The notes: generated from the letters alone by a model not told the origin. DNA of 64,000 nucleotides from an uncultured Clostridia bacterium (GCA_944350265.1 CALVOG010000003.1:25341-89340); one strand, 5' to 3'; shown: positions 1-9,850, counted from the stretch's first letter. Translations and numbers: made by a program.

Positions 1-51
1 CGGACCGACCGGTTATGAGCCGGTTGCTCTAACCAACTGAGCTAAAGGCCC
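1..51 (-). tRNA. tRNA with CAT anticodon, probably Ile2 (lysidine type); 3' part runs off the window
   Basis: Reverse complement GGGCCTTTAGCTCAGTTGGTTAGAGCAACCGGCTCATAACCGGTCGGTCCG. Anticodon loop CTCATAA; the GGGCC 5' end is Ile-like rather than Met-like. Confidence 0.85.
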
Positions 52-76
52 TAAGGGATAACCTTTTCAAGTGTTG

Positions 77-152
77 TGGTCGGGGTGGAGGGTCTCGAAC
101 CCCCGACCTCACGGTCCCAAACCGCGCGCTCTACCAACTGAGCCACACCCCG
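77..152 (-). tRNA. tRNA-Pro(TGG)
   Basis: CGGGGTGTGGCTCAGTTGGTAGAGCGCGCGGTTTGGGACCGTGAGGTCGGGGGTTCGAGACCCTCCACCCCGACCA: complete cloverleaf with encoded CCA. Confidence 0.97.
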
Positions 153-174
153 TTTAAACAACACTTGCTTTGTT

Positions 175-203
175 ATTTTATGATAATTTAACAAATTTGT
201 CAA
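175..203 (-). promoter_or_regulatory. SigA-type promoter of the tRNA cluster
   Basis: TTGACA (203-198), 17 bp spacer, TAAAAT (180-175). Confidence 0.8.
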
Positions 204-277
204 GGAAAAATGCAAAAAAAATTGATTTTTCGATAAAAAAAGGAAAAATTTAGCCCGTTGCCGACTAAATCTTCCCC

Positions 278-1006
278 TTAACCGTCCATAAGTTTCTTGC
301 GCAAGGTTTCCAAAATTTTATTTTCAAGGCGAGACACTTGCACCTGCGACACGCCAAGTTCCTTGGCAATTTCGCTTTGAGTTTTGTCGTTAAAATAGCG
401 CATAAGGATGATTTTTTTATCTCTGTCGTCAAGTTTTTCAATCACCTCTTTGAGGGCGATATTTTCGATAAAACTCACCCCACCCGTTTCGCCGTCATAG
501 CGGTCAACCATCGTCAGTCCTTCCTCTTCTCCGTCGTCGAACGGCGCGAAAAGCGACACCGGCATCTTGCCAGAATCCATCACCATCACAACCTCTTGCT
601 CGGTCAGCGAAAACGCCTTTGCAATCTCTAAAATCGTGGGCGTTCGATTATTTATCACAAAAAAATCGTCTAAAAATTTGTTGATTTTTAAATTTAAAGT
701 TTTAATGGCGCGCGAAACCTTCACCGCTCCGTCATCACGCATAAAGCGCTTAATCTCTCCCACCACCATCGGCACAGCATAGGTGGAAAATTTGACGTTA
801 TATGAAAGGTCGAAGTGGTTTATCGCCTTCAAAAAGCCCATACAACCGAGTTGATAGAGGTCGTCATTCTCAACACCCTTCCCTCTAAACCACTTAATCA
901 CACTTTTAATAAGCGGTGAATTTTCCTTAACGAGGCGCTCTTTGGCGTCCAAATTTCCGCTTTGCGCCTCTTTGATAAGCGCCAACGTTTCCTCTTGGCT
1001 TAACAT
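278..1006 (-). CDS. sigF: Forespore sigma factor F
   Basis: DDLYQLGCMGFLKAI, KFSTYAVPMVVGEIKRFMRDDG and TQSEIAKELGVSQVQVSRLE motifs; third gene of the spoIIA operon. Confidence 0.95.
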   Translation of the reverse strand: MLSQEETLALIKEAQSGNLDAKERLVKENSPLIKSVIKWFRGKGVENDDLYQLGCMGFLKAINHFDLSYNVKFSTYAVPMVVGEIKRFMRDDGAVKVSRAIKTLNLKINKFLDDFFVINNRTPTILEIAKAFSLTEQEVVMVMDSGKMPVSLFAPFDDGEEEGLTMVDRYDGETGGVSFIENIALKEVIEKLDDRDKKIILMRYFNDKTQSEIAKELGVSQVQVSRLENKILETLRKKLMDG

Positions 1007-1446
1007 CCAACCTCGCTCATTGCGTTCACAATTTTTTTCGTCATTTTGACGGTTGTGCCGAAGGAGTTTGAGGTGACCTCAACGTCGTCCATAAAACTTT
1101 CCATCACGGTGAAGCCCATACCAGAGCGCTCCTCGCTTGGCTTTGAGGTGTAAAAAGGTTCGCGCGCCTTTTCAACGTCCTTTATTCCCACGCCTTTATC
1201 TCTAATAGTAATGGAAATTAAATCATTTTCAAGTTCGCATCGAAGGGTGATATCGCCCTTCACTTGCCCGGGATATGCGTGCACCACACAGTTTGTCACT
1301 GCCTCACTCACCGCAGTTTTAATGTCGGTTATCTCGTCCACAGACGGATTGAGTTGCACACAAAACGACGCCACGCAAACTCTGGCAAAGCCCTCATTCA
1401 CCGAAAGCGCCTTAAATGTGACTTCCATAAAATTTGAATATTTCAT
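1000..1446 (-). CDS. spoIIAB: Anti-sigma F factor / kinase SpoIIAB
   Basis: NEGFARV, IKTAVSEAVTNCVVHAY and ERSGMGFTVMESFMD motifs (HATPase fold). Confidence 0.97.
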   Translation of the reverse strand: MKYSNFMEVTFKALSVNEGFARVCVASFCVQLNPSVDEITDIKTAVSEAVTNCVVHAYPGQVKGDITLRCELENDLISITIRDKGVGIKDVEKAREPFYTSKPSEERSGMGFTVMESFMDDVEVTSNSFGTTVKMTKKIVNAMSEVGC

Positions 1447-1455
1447 AACCTCTCC

Positions 1456-1764
1456 TTACACAATTTTGGGCATAATTTCATATAGCCCTGTCATTTTGAA
1501 AATCTTTTCCGCGTGCGTTGACGGGTTGCAAATGTAAATTGGAACATTCCTATCTTTCATCTTCTTATAGCGCCCGATAAGCACCCCTATGCCCGTGGAA
1601 TCCATAAACGCCAACTCGCTTAAATCAATCACTATCTTTTGGAAGTTGGGTTTTAGGAAAAGTTCGTCTAGGCGACATTTGGTGTAGGACGCCGTATGCT
1701 CGTCGAGTTCGCCACACAAAAGAACATATAGAGTGTCGTTCGCAATGCGACTTTTTATCTGCAT
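1456..1764 (-). CDS. spoIIAA: Anti-anti-sigma factor SpoIIAA (STAS domain)
   Basis: GELDEH and FMDSTGIGVLIGRYK motifs; AAAGGAGG RBS before ATG 1764. Confidence 0.95.
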   Translation of the reverse strand: MQIKSRIANDTLYVLLCGELDEHTASYTKCRLDELFLKPNFQKIVIDLSELAFMDSTGIGVLIGRYKKMKDRNVPIYICNPSTHAEKIFKMTGLYEIMPKIV

Positions 1765-1823
1765 AGTCACCTCCTTTCAAGTGGTATGTTAGCATACGAA
1801 AATGAAAAAAATTTGGCATCCTT

Positions 1824-1830
1824 TGCCGAA
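1824..1830 (+). promoter_or_regulatory. Possible Spo0A box upstream of spoIIA
   Basis: TGCCGAA matches TGNCGAA, about 60 bp upstream of the spoIIAA start; spoIIA is a known Spo0A target. A short motif that could occur by chance. Confidence 0.4.
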
Positions 1831-2003
1831 AAAACGCCGATTTTGTTGCCTACCCTCTGCACGCCTCATCGCCACATAAAGTGTGCAAATTTGTTTGCTA
1901 AATAGAGAAAAATTTGCTATAATAAAACATAAATTGCTAAAAGTTATTAAAAAACACTCAAAAGGCAAACTTTAAAATATCTTATAGATTAAAAGGGAAA
2001 AAT

Positions 2004-2939
2004 ATGGATAAAAAAACCGACATAATCTTAGTGACCGACCCTGGCGTTGACGATGCAACCTCGCTTCTTTACGCCGTTTTTTCAAACCAAATTAACATAA
2101 AACTTGTTTGCGTTGCTGGTGGAAATTCGCCGATTGAAATAACCACGCGAAACGCATTGTATCTCACCGAACTATTCAAACTCAATGCGCCTGTTGCGGT
2201 CGGCCATTCTCTACGTGGAGAAAAAGAGGTATATGCTCGCGCTGTTCACGGCAAAGGCGGGCTTGGCGGAGTGAAAGTGAATCCAAAAAAACTTAAAACT
2301 AAGCCAATTGAAGCCCCTGCGTGCGAAGCGATGTATGAAACTCTTAAAGCAAATAAAGGCAAGATGACGATTGTGATAATCGGTCCTATGACGTCGGTTG
2401 CCGAAATGATTGAAAACCACAAAGATTGCAAAAAATACATCAAAGAAATCGTCTTTATGGGCGGAAGCAAGGAGAAAATTTACGGCGCGCCATACCGCGA
2501 ATTCAACATAAGTTTTGACCCTGACGCCGTTGATATCGTCTTAAAAAGTGGAATTCCTCTTGTTATGGTGCCGATGGAACTTGGGCATTTTGCCTATCTT
2601 GGCAAGGATGACATAAAAAAAATCAAAAAAATTGGCAAAGTGGGCAAAATTTTTGCGAAAATGTATAAAAAATATAAAGATTTTCACGTAGGGAACTACG
2701 GCGTTGCAGTGCACGACGTGTGCGCAATTTACTACCTCACCCACAAGGAAAATATGAAAACGGAAAATGGCTTTGTGGAACTTAAACGCTACACCGAAAA
2801 CGGCTTCGACTATGGCTATATTGAAACCACTTACGGCGAGAAACAAAACGTGACTGTTTGCGTGGATATGGATATACTTAAATTCAAATACGACCTTTTC
2901 GACGCCTTTGAAGAAGCAAAAAGAGTGCTTGAAAAATAA
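2004..2939 (+). CDS. Inosine/uridine-preferring nucleoside hydrolase
   Basis: N-terminal TDPGVDDA, VHGKGGLG, IVFMGG, EFN and VHDVCA motifs of the IU-NH family. Confidence 0.9.
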   Translation: MDKKTDIILVTDPGVDDATSLLYAVFSNQINIKLVCVAGGNSPIEITTRNALYLTELFKLNAPVAVGHSLRGEKEVYARAVHGKGGLGGVKVNPKKLKTKPIEAPACEAMYETLKANKGKMTIVIIGPMTSVAEMIENHKDCKKYIKEIVFMGGSKEKIYGAPYREFNISFDPDAVDIVLKSGIPLVMVPMELGHFAYLGKDDIKKIKKIGKVGKIFAKMYKKYKDFHVGNYGVAVHDVCAIYYLTHKENMKTENGFVELKRYTENGFDYGYIETTYGEKQNVTVCVDMDILKFKYDLFDAFEEAKRVLEK

Positions 2940-3022
2940 TTAAAAAATACTTAATAAAATAGGAGAGTTTTTATTGTATTGCGTGCTATGCTGTGTCGTA
3001 TTGCATGCTATGCTATGTCGTT

Positions 3023-3345
3023 TATACCGTTAGGACTGTTGGTTAGTTTGTCATTCTGAGCGAAGCGAAGAATCTCGTCGTAGGTGACACTGTCACATTT
3101 TAAGGTGTAGCGGGTTAAATTTTATCATCTATTCTCAATAACAATGTATAATTTATACCGCTAGGACTGTCAGCATATTTGTCATTCTAAGCGTAGCGAA
3201 GAATGACATTTAATGGTATCGACTTACGGTAATTGCAACCACGTGTTATTTTGCCAAACACGCGACACATAACCATTCAAGCGCGTTTATTGAATATCTA
3301 ATCTATCCACTAAAAAATGCTTAACAGCAATGTTAGGCATTTTTA
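3023..3345 (+). repeat. Modular REP-like repeat cluster 1
   Basis: GTCATTCTGAGCGAAGCGAAGAATCTCGTCGTAG (3050-3083) and GTCATTCTAAGCGTAGCGAAGAATGAC (3181-3207), each preceded by TACCGYTAGGACTGT. Flanking modules are shared with the 26.7-27.0 kb cluster. Confidence 0.85.
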
Positions 3346-3509
3346 TTGCAAATAATTTTTTTTCATCTAAAATCTTATCCTCTCATCTCTCATTTCAAGC
3401 CAATCGCTTACGCTGTCAATTTTTTCTTCTAAAATCTTGCATCTATCTTAATTTCCCTTCAATTTTTTGTTGGGCCCCGCTCTAAATTACACCCGCCCTA
3501 AATTGCATA

Positions 3510-3538
3510 TTGACAAGTCAGCTGAGACGTGGTATAAT
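3510..3538 (+). promoter_or_regulatory. Consensus SigA promoter with extended -10
   Basis: TTGACA (3510-3515), 17 bp spacer, TGg-TATAAT (3533-3538); AGGAG RBS follows. Confidence 0.85.
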
Positions 3539-3556
3539 TTCGGCGTAGGAGAAAAG

Positions 3557-4183
3557 ATGGAAATAACATTTTTAAGCAGTAAAATCAGCGAACTTAAAAG
3601 GCTTTCGGGCTGGATATACCATCACGACGGAATCATTTTAAAACAAGACAGGGAAAAACTTGAGCATATCATCGGCATAAACAAGGCACTTTCTAATCAA
3701 TTTAGGCGCGCAACCGGCAACCATACAACTAGCGCCGTGAGCGATTTTGACATTTTCAGCCACTGCACTTCGAATAATTTTTTCTTTAAAAAGCAACTTA
3801 TGCCACACATTTCCATCATTTTTGACGATTTTTCGGTGTTCTACGCAAGCGAACATTCAACGGAATTTTTGCCAAAAGAAACATATGAATATCGCAAGGA
3901 ATTTGTGAAATTTTTGGAAAAAGAGGATAAAGACCTCGCTTATGACTACCTCAACAAACTAAAATCTCACGTGAAGCAAAGTAGAGATGAAAATGAGGTT
4001 TTAAAATATTGTGAAAGCCTCACTAAAAAAAATCTTCGTCAACTCGACAACTGCCAAAAAATTTACATACCAACAAAAGTCGGTAATTTTGCTGAAAGAA
4101 TGGAAAAAGCAAAAGAAGATGAAAGTTGGCTGTGGTTTTACGAGAGAATCTTAGGCAAATCTAGCGAAAATAACTTGGAGTAG
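3557..4183 (+). CDS. Orphan protein with one copy of the 'DFS...PxET' domain
   Basis: ATG 3557 after AGGAG; clear similarity to both halves of the downstream ORF. Confidence 0.8.
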   Translation: MEITFLSSKISELKRLSGWIYHHDGIILKQDREKLEHIIGINKALSNQFRRATGNHTTSAVSDFDIFSHCTSNNFFFKKQLMPHISIIFDDFSVFYASEHSTEFLPKETYEYRKEFVKFLEKEDKDLAYDYLNKLKSHVKQSRDENEVLKYCESLTKKNLRQLDNCQKIYIPTKVGNFAERMEKAKEDESWLWFYERILGKSSENNLE

Positions 4184-4242
4184 ACCTTAAAAACAATTAA
4201 ACATATAAAAAATTATAAGAAGTAAAAAACATCAAAAACCTC

Positions 4243-4360
4243 ATAAAAAACGCAAAAAAATGTGAAAAATCATAAAAAAATCACGAAAAATTTATAAAAA
4301 AAGCAAAAAAATATGAAAAATCATAAAAACTTGCAGAAAATTTATAAAAAACGCAAAAAT
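4243..4360. repeat. Degenerate ~51-bp A-tract tandem repeat
   Basis: ATAAAAAACGCAAAAAAATGTGAAAAATCATAAAAA... repeated about 2.3 times. Confidence 0.6.
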
Positions 4361-4414
4361 TTCAGCACATTAAAAAATGTGAAACATATTAAAAAAATTA
4401 AAGGGGAACAAAAA

Positions 4415-5608
4415 ATGAAAACAACAACTTTTATGGAGAAAAATTTAAAGGCTTTGGCGAACCTATTTACTAACCGCGAAGGCAACTTTGAAAGAACGGA
4501 CGAAAATCTTAAAAAAGTCGATAAGTTTTGCCACTCGACATATAACATTTTAAATGGGCATGTTTTTAGCACGAGCAAGAATAAGCCGATTGATTATAAC
4601 CCATTCAACGCCAAAAAAATCGGCAAGTATTTTGCTCGACCAATAGGTAATAATTGCAATATCTTCTTTAACGACTTTTCCGTTTTCCTAAACATTCCAA
4701 GCGATGATATGATTATGCCGAAGGAAACTTTAGGGTTGAGAAAAACTTTACTATTATATTTTGATTTGGTGGATAAAAGTCAAAAGGAGGAGTATCTTTC
4801 CGCACTCAAAAACTACACCATCGAGAATCCAAACGATTGGAAGGAAATTGAAAACTACTTAAATGATAGAATTGATTTTTATAAGTCATATCTCAATTAC
4901 CACACCCAAGAATCACTTTACCTTGAAGGGCACGAGAGCAAGCGTCACAAAAACTATGCAAAGGCATATCAAAATCTTCTCGACGAAGCAGAATGGCTTT
5001 TAAATCTTCACACCACCCTACTTAACTCGCAAACCGAGTTTTTGGAGAGGAATTTGCCGGAAATGCAAAGTGTTTTGAATGAAAACACTTTAAATGACGA
5101 CCTTCGCTTTAAAGCACTCCCTTCAATACTTTTCATCCTTCAAGGCACTGTTGATGAAAAGAACGGCACCTCGGGCTATGTGGGCAGAAATGTGTTGTTA
5201 AATTTACATCATAACGCTGGTTATTTTGAATATGATATATCAAATTCCACCTCCCTACTTATCAACGATTTTTCGATTTACTATTTCGACAAACACACTG
5301 AGCCTGAATTCTTGCCTAGCGACACGCTGGCTTACCGCACTCAAATGCACGAATACCTCAAAATGCAAGGTGAGGATGCAGAATATCTCAAAAAACTGAG
5401 CGAATATGTGAAAAGCCATCCTAGTGAAGAGAAAAAGGTGCTAAGAGAGTCCAACAAGCAAACAAAAGGTGCAAAGAGAATGCTGGAACTTGCTCGCAAA
5501 AACAAAGCGACTGAGGAACAAATCGGCTTTTTCAATGAGAACTTAATCTCTGCAACCGATTGGAATGATTTTTATAAAGCGAATGTGTCAACAAGCGAAA
5601 AATTATAA
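4415..5608 (+). CDS. Orphan protein with two copies of the 'DFS...PxET' domain
   Basis: ATG 4415 after AAGGGGA; internal repeats FNDFSVF..MPKETLGLR and INDFSIY..LPSDTLAYR. Confidence 0.8.
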   Translation: MKTTTFMEKNLKALANLFTNREGNFERTDENLKKVDKFCHSTYNILNGHVFSTSKNKPIDYNPFNAKKIGKYFARPIGNNCNIFFNDFSVFLNIPSDDMIMPKETLGLRKTLLLYFDLVDKSQKEEYLSALKNYTIENPNDWKEIENYLNDRIDFYKSYLNYHTQESLYLEGHESKRHKNYAKAYQNLLDEAEWLLNLHTTLLNSQTEFLERNLPEMQSVLNENTLNDDLRFKALPSILFILQGTVDEKNGTSGYVGRNVLLNLHHNAGYFEYDISNSTSLLINDFSIYYFDKHTEPEFLPSDTLAYRTQMHEYLKMQGEDAEYLKKLSEYVKSHPSEEKKVLRESNKQTKGAKRMLELARKNKATEEQIGFFNENLISATDWNDFYKANVSTSEKL

Positions 5609-5862
5609 TAACAAATTTTAAAATTACAAACGCCCTAACTCCTAAGATATCAAAAGGTATCTATAATAAATTTCAAAAGCAATCTTTTTCAAAGATTAAA
5701 ATATTATGAAACGGACATTAACGCCATAATCACAAGGTTAAAGGCGCAACTTAAAAGGCATAATTATAAAGGTTTTAAAATTTAAACCTTAATTAAAATT
5801 TAAACCTTAATAAGAAAAAATAATAGAATAAAATAAAAATTACGCAAAAAATACGAAAAAAT

Positions 5863-5889
5863 AAAACGCCTTATTAAAAGGCGTTTTTT
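5863..5889. terminator. Bidirectional intrinsic terminator
   Basis: AAAACGCCTT-loop-AAGGCGTTTT between convergent genes. Confidence 0.7.
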
Positions 5890-6081
5890 TTAGTTTTTCT
5901 TTTTCTTATCTTCAACAACAGTTTCGTTCTTATAAGTTCCACAATTTTTGCAAACCTTGTGTGGTGCTTTAAGTTCGTGGCACTTTGGGCATTCAACAAG
6001 TGTCACCCCTTCTGCTTTAAAATTTGCAGAATTTCTTGTGCGCTTTCTCTGTTTTGAAACCTTACCCTTTGGAACAGCCAT
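5890..6081 (-). CDS. rpmF: 50S ribosomal protein L32
   Basis: MAVPKGKVSKQRKRTR N-terminus; CPKC...CKNC zinc ribbon. Confidence 0.97.
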   Translation of the reverse strand: MAVPKGKVSKQRKRTRNSANFKAEGVTLVECPKCHELKAPHKVCKNCGTYKNETVVEDKKKKN

Positions 6082-6155
6082 TTTTCTTCTCCTTTTAGTT
6101 AAACTTTAAGTTTTGCTTTAATATTTTACAATATTTCATCACCGTTTGTCAAGTT

Positions 6156-7367
6156 TTATTTTGATTTTTTTAAATTTTTTACTATTTCTTTGGTATCACG
6201 CGCCATCATAAGTTCCTCATCGGTTGGGATAACGTAAACCTTAACCTTGGAATTTTCGGCGGAGATAAGTTCGATTTGTCCGCGCTTAAAGTTTTTGTTC
6301 TTATCCTTATCAATCACAATTCCAAGCGCTTCCATATCCTCCAAAATCTGCTCGCGCGCCTCAAAACTATTCTCGCCAATTCCGCCCGTGAACACAATCG
6401 CCTCAGCGCCGTTAAGAACAGCCATATATGCGCCGATATATTTCTTCACTGAATACGCAAGTAAGTCCAGCGCCAACTTTGCGCGTTTGTTCCCGTTTTC
6501 GGCTTCCTTGCTGGTTTCGCGGTGGTCGCTTGAAACGCCTGAAACGCCTAGAAGTCCGCACTCCTTGTTGAGATATGTGAGAACCTCGTCCACAGTTTTG
6601 TTTTTATGCGAACACAAGAATTGCACAACGGTTGGGTCAATATCCCCCGAGCGCGTGCCCATAACCACGCCTTGAAGCGGAGTGAGCCCCATTGATGTGT
6701 CCACACTCTGCCCATTCTTAATTGCTGTGATTGACGAGCCGTTGCCGATGTGGCAAGTTATGGCATTGACCTTATTAACATCCTTTCCTAGCACCTTTGC
6801 AAGCGTTTGCACAACATACCTATGGCTTGTGCCGTGCGCGCCGTAACGCCTTATGTGGTATTTTTCATAGTCCTCATACTTAATTGCATACATAAACGCC
6901 TTCTCCGGCATCGTGGTGTGGAAAGCGGTGTCAAAGATTGCCACTTGCGGGATTTTTGGCATAACCTTTTTGCAAGCACGCATACAAAGCACGTGCGCCG
7001 GGTTATGCAGAGGTGCCATTTCGGAAAGTCGGTCGATTTCGTCGATGACCTTATCGTCAATAAGAGTGCTTTCTTTAAATATCCAGCCACCCATCACCAC
7101 GCGATGACCAATGGCGTCAATCTCGTCGAAATTTTTAAGCATGCCACCCTTTTTATCCACCAAAATATCAAGCACTTTTTTGATGGCTTCTTCGTGGTTT
7201 TTCGCGCCCGCAAAAACTTCCTCTTTCCCGTCGTGTTTATAGGAAATGAACGGGTCACTAAGCCCAATTTTTTCGCAATTTCCCTTTGCAATAAGTTTTT
7301 CGTTATCCATATCTAAGAGTTGATATTTAAGCGACGAACTTCCAGCGTTGATAATTAAGATTTTCAT
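6156..7367 (-). CDS. ackA: Acetate kinase
   Basis: INAGSSSLKYQL, APLHNP, FDTAFH, HGTSH and TGGIGEN motifs; AGGAG RBS before ATG 7367. Confidence 0.97.
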   Translation of the reverse strand: MKILIINAGSSSLKYQLLDMDNEKLIAKGNCEKIGLSDPFISYKHDGKEEVFAGAKNHEEAIKKVLDILVDKKGGMLKNFDEIDAIGHRVVMGGWIFKESTLIDDKVIDEIDRLSEMAPLHNPAHVLCMRACKKVMPKIPQVAIFDTAFHTTMPEKAFMYAIKYEDYEKYHIRRYGAHGTSHRYVVQTLAKVLGKDVNKVNAITCHIGNGSSITAIKNGQSVDTSMGLTPLQGVVMGTRSGDIDPTVVQFLCSHKNKTVDEVLTYLNKECGLLGVSGVSSDHRETSKEAENGNKRAKLALDLLAYSVKKYIGAYMAVLNGAEAIVFTGGIGENSFEAREQILEDMEALGIVIDKDKNKNFKRGQIELISAENSKVKVYVIPTDEELMMARDTKEIVKNLKKSK

Positions 7368-7443
7368 TTTTCTCTCCTTTTTAACATAAAAATTCATTTT
7401 TTTAACATTTTTTTCGCGTTTTAAGCAAATTTTTCGCTATTTT

Positions 7444-8436
7444 TTAAGATTTTTGTTCTTCTTCACATTGAAGTGCGGTAACCACGCTGAGCATCACAAT
7501 GTCGCTGACACTGCAACCGCGTGAAAGGTCGTTAACTGGTTTTTTGAGGTTTTGAAGAATAGGTCCAATGGCGTTAATCCCGCCGAGGTATTGCGCCGTT
7601 TTATAGCAAATATTTCCAGCGTTTATGTCTGGGAAAATAAGCACATTCGCGTCGCCTTTAAGTGGACTTTTTGGCGCCTTTTGCTCAGCAACTCCCTTCA
7701 CCATTGAAGCGTCGAATTGAAGTTCGCCGTCGCTAATGACATCCTTATTCTTCTTTGCGAAAAGTTCGAATGCCTCTTGCACCTTTGAAACGTCCTCGCT
7801 TTTTGCGCTCCCCTTTGTGGAATATGATAAGAAAGCAACTTTCGGCTCGCCAATCCTAAACTCTTTGGCGCTTCTAACGCTTGCCTCAGCAATCGCAGAA
7901 AGTTCCTCCGCCGTCGGCTTTTCCATAACGCCACAATCGGCAAAAATAAGCGCCTTGCCTTTCAAAAATTTGTTCTTGCCATAGAGAAGAAAACAGGAGG
8001 AAACTGGATTCTTATCCTTCGCTTTGATGATTTGAAGAGCAGGCCTCACGGTGTTTGCGGTTGGAGCCTCCGCCCCCGCCACCATACCATCAGCATAGCC
8101 ACATTCCACCAAAAGTGTGGCAAAGTAGTAAGGGTCTTTTTCAAGTTCATCCGCTTCTTCTCTTGTCATTCCCTTCTTTTTGCGCTTTTCGTAGAGAGTG
8201 CTGACAAGTTTATCTCTATCGCTAAAAGTGACAGGGTTCACAATGTCGAACTTTTCCAAACTTTTATCTCTTAAAATAAGCGCGCTGGCATCACCCACCA
8301 AAAGCACCTTGCAAATCTTCTTTTTTTGCAAAATTTTAACCGCTTCAAGCGTTCTATCGGAAAAACTCACCTCGGGGAAAACGATGGTTTTTTGTTTACG
8401 CTTTGCTTCCTTAACCAAATCCTCAATTTTAAACAT
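7444..8436 (-). CDS. pta: Phosphate acetyltransferase
   Basis: KVAFLSYSTKGSA, DGELQFDA and PVNDLSRGCS motifs; adjacent to ackA. Confidence 0.95.
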   Translation of the reverse strand: MFKIEDLVKEAKRKQKTIVFPEVSFSDRTLEAVKILQKKKICKVLLVGDASALILRDKSLEKFDIVNPVTFSDRDKLVSTLYEKRKKKGMTREEADELEKDPYYFATLLVECGYADGMVAGAEAPTANTVRPALQIIKAKDKNPVSSCFLLYGKNKFLKGKALIFADCGVMEKPTAEELSAIAEASVRSAKEFRIGEPKVAFLSYSTKGSAKSEDVSKVQEAFELFAKKNKDVISDGELQFDASMVKGVAEQKAPKSPLKGDANVLIFPDINAGNICYKTAQYLGGINAIGPILQNLKKPVNDLSRGCSVSDIVMLSVVTALQCEEEQKS

Positions 8437-8533
8437 ATCCACTCCAAATTAACTAATAAAATAATATACAAAAAGTATATACATTAGTATTATAAATGCC
8501 ACCCAAAAATTTGTCAAACAAAAAGGAGGAAAT

Positions 8534-9739
8534 TTGAAAAATATTATAGGTAAAATTCAAAAAGATGTTTTTTTAAAGGCGCTTTTTTCCATTTTAATCC
8601 TCTTTTTTATCTTCAACATCGTGCTTAATCCTTCTAAATATATCACTGAGGGACTCAACGGTTTAAGCGCGTGGACATTTAGCGTTTTGCCAAGCGTTCT
8701 TCCATTCATCTTTTTCACAAAAGCACTTTCGGCACTAGGACAAGTTGAGAAGGTGGTGCGTCCGTTCGCGCCCTTTTCAAAAAAATTGTTCGGCACGCCT
8801 CCCATTTCCTTCTGCACTTTTTTAATGGCGATACTCTCTGGCTATCCCGTCGGTTCAAAGATGATTAGCGACCTCTATGCAAGCGGAAAAATCACCAAAG
8901 TGGAAGCAACAAGAATGTCCGCCTTCTGTTCAACCTCAGGTCCAATGTTCATCATCGGCGCGGTTGGCGTCAATATGTTCAAAAGCGCACAAATCGGCTA
9001 TATACTTTTTCTTTCGCACGTTTTTTCAGCATTTTTAAATGGAATAATCTTTCGAAAATATGGTGAAAAAAAGAAAGCAAAAAATAGAATTTTAAAACAA
9101 AAATCTATGAGTTTAACAAATAATGAAAAATTAGAAAAAAATATATCAATAAAACACTCCAAAATTCCATATAAAAATGTTAAAAAAATGGCAAAAATTG
9201 TGGATAAAAAATATGAAAAATGTGCTAATAATTTTGAAATAAAAAGTCATTATTTTATTATTAAAAATTTTAGTTTTAATAAAAAACACGAAAAAATAGG
9301 TGAAAAAAGTGAAAAAAATGTAAATTTTTCGCAAAAAAGTGGCTTTTTTAAAGAAAATTCTTCTTTTGATATTGGAAGCATCGTTCTTTCCTCAACAACT
9401 GCAATACTCTCAGTCGGCACAATTATCACAATTTTCTTTATAATAATAGAATGTTTTTCTCCCATTTTTTCACTGCTTCCCACCTCTCTCTCCGCCTTTT
9501 TGAAAGGTGTTATTGAGATAACAAATGGTTGCCTTAGTTTAAGCAACCTAAAGAATCTAAAACTTGCCACTTGCCTTGCAAGTTTTGTGATAAGTTTCGG
9601 CGGAATTTCCACCATCCTGCAATCGCTGACTATGCTTCAAAGCGCAAAGATAGATGTTAAAATCTTCATTATCCAAAAACTTATGCACGCCACCCTTTCC
9701 GCGCTTATCACCATACTAATTTTGTTAATTTTCTTTTAA
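8534..9739 (+). CDS. ylbJ: Sporulation integral membrane protein, YlbJ-like
   Basis: VLPSVLPF, SGYPVGSK, SGPMFIIGAVG, GVIEITNG and SFGGIS motifs; TTG start after AGGAGG; divergent from pta. Confidence 0.8.
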   Translation: MKNIIGKIQKDVFLKALFSILILFFIFNIVLNPSKYITEGLNGLSAWTFSVLPSVLPFIFFTKALSALGQVEKVVRPFAPFSKKLFGTPPISFCTFLMAILSGYPVGSKMISDLYASGKITKVEATRMSAFCSTSGPMFIIGAVGVNMFKSAQIGYILFLSHVFSAFLNGIIFRKYGEKKKAKNRILKQKSMSLTNNEKLEKNISIKHSKIPYKNVKKMAKIVDKKYEKCANNFEIKSHYFIIKNFSFNKKHEKIGEKSEKNVNFSQKSGFFKENSSFDIGSIVLSSTTAILSVGTIITIFFIIIECFSPIFSLLPTSLSAFLKGVIEITNGCLSLSNLKNLKLATCLASFVISFGGISTILQSLTMLQSAKIDVKIFIIQKLMHATLSALITILILLIFF

Positions 9740-9850
9740 ATGCTGAAAGTTAACCGCAAACTTTGAATTTAACTCACGCACACTCTTTCCGCTTAGTTTT
9801 TGCGTTTTTTCAAAAAAACTGACTGAAATTTAATAGGTTTTTAAAAAATT

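Noticed and set aside
1790-1825. SigH promoter for spoIIA
   Set aside because: The AGGA...GTAT spacing is 21 bp, too long for the consensus, so it is not supported.
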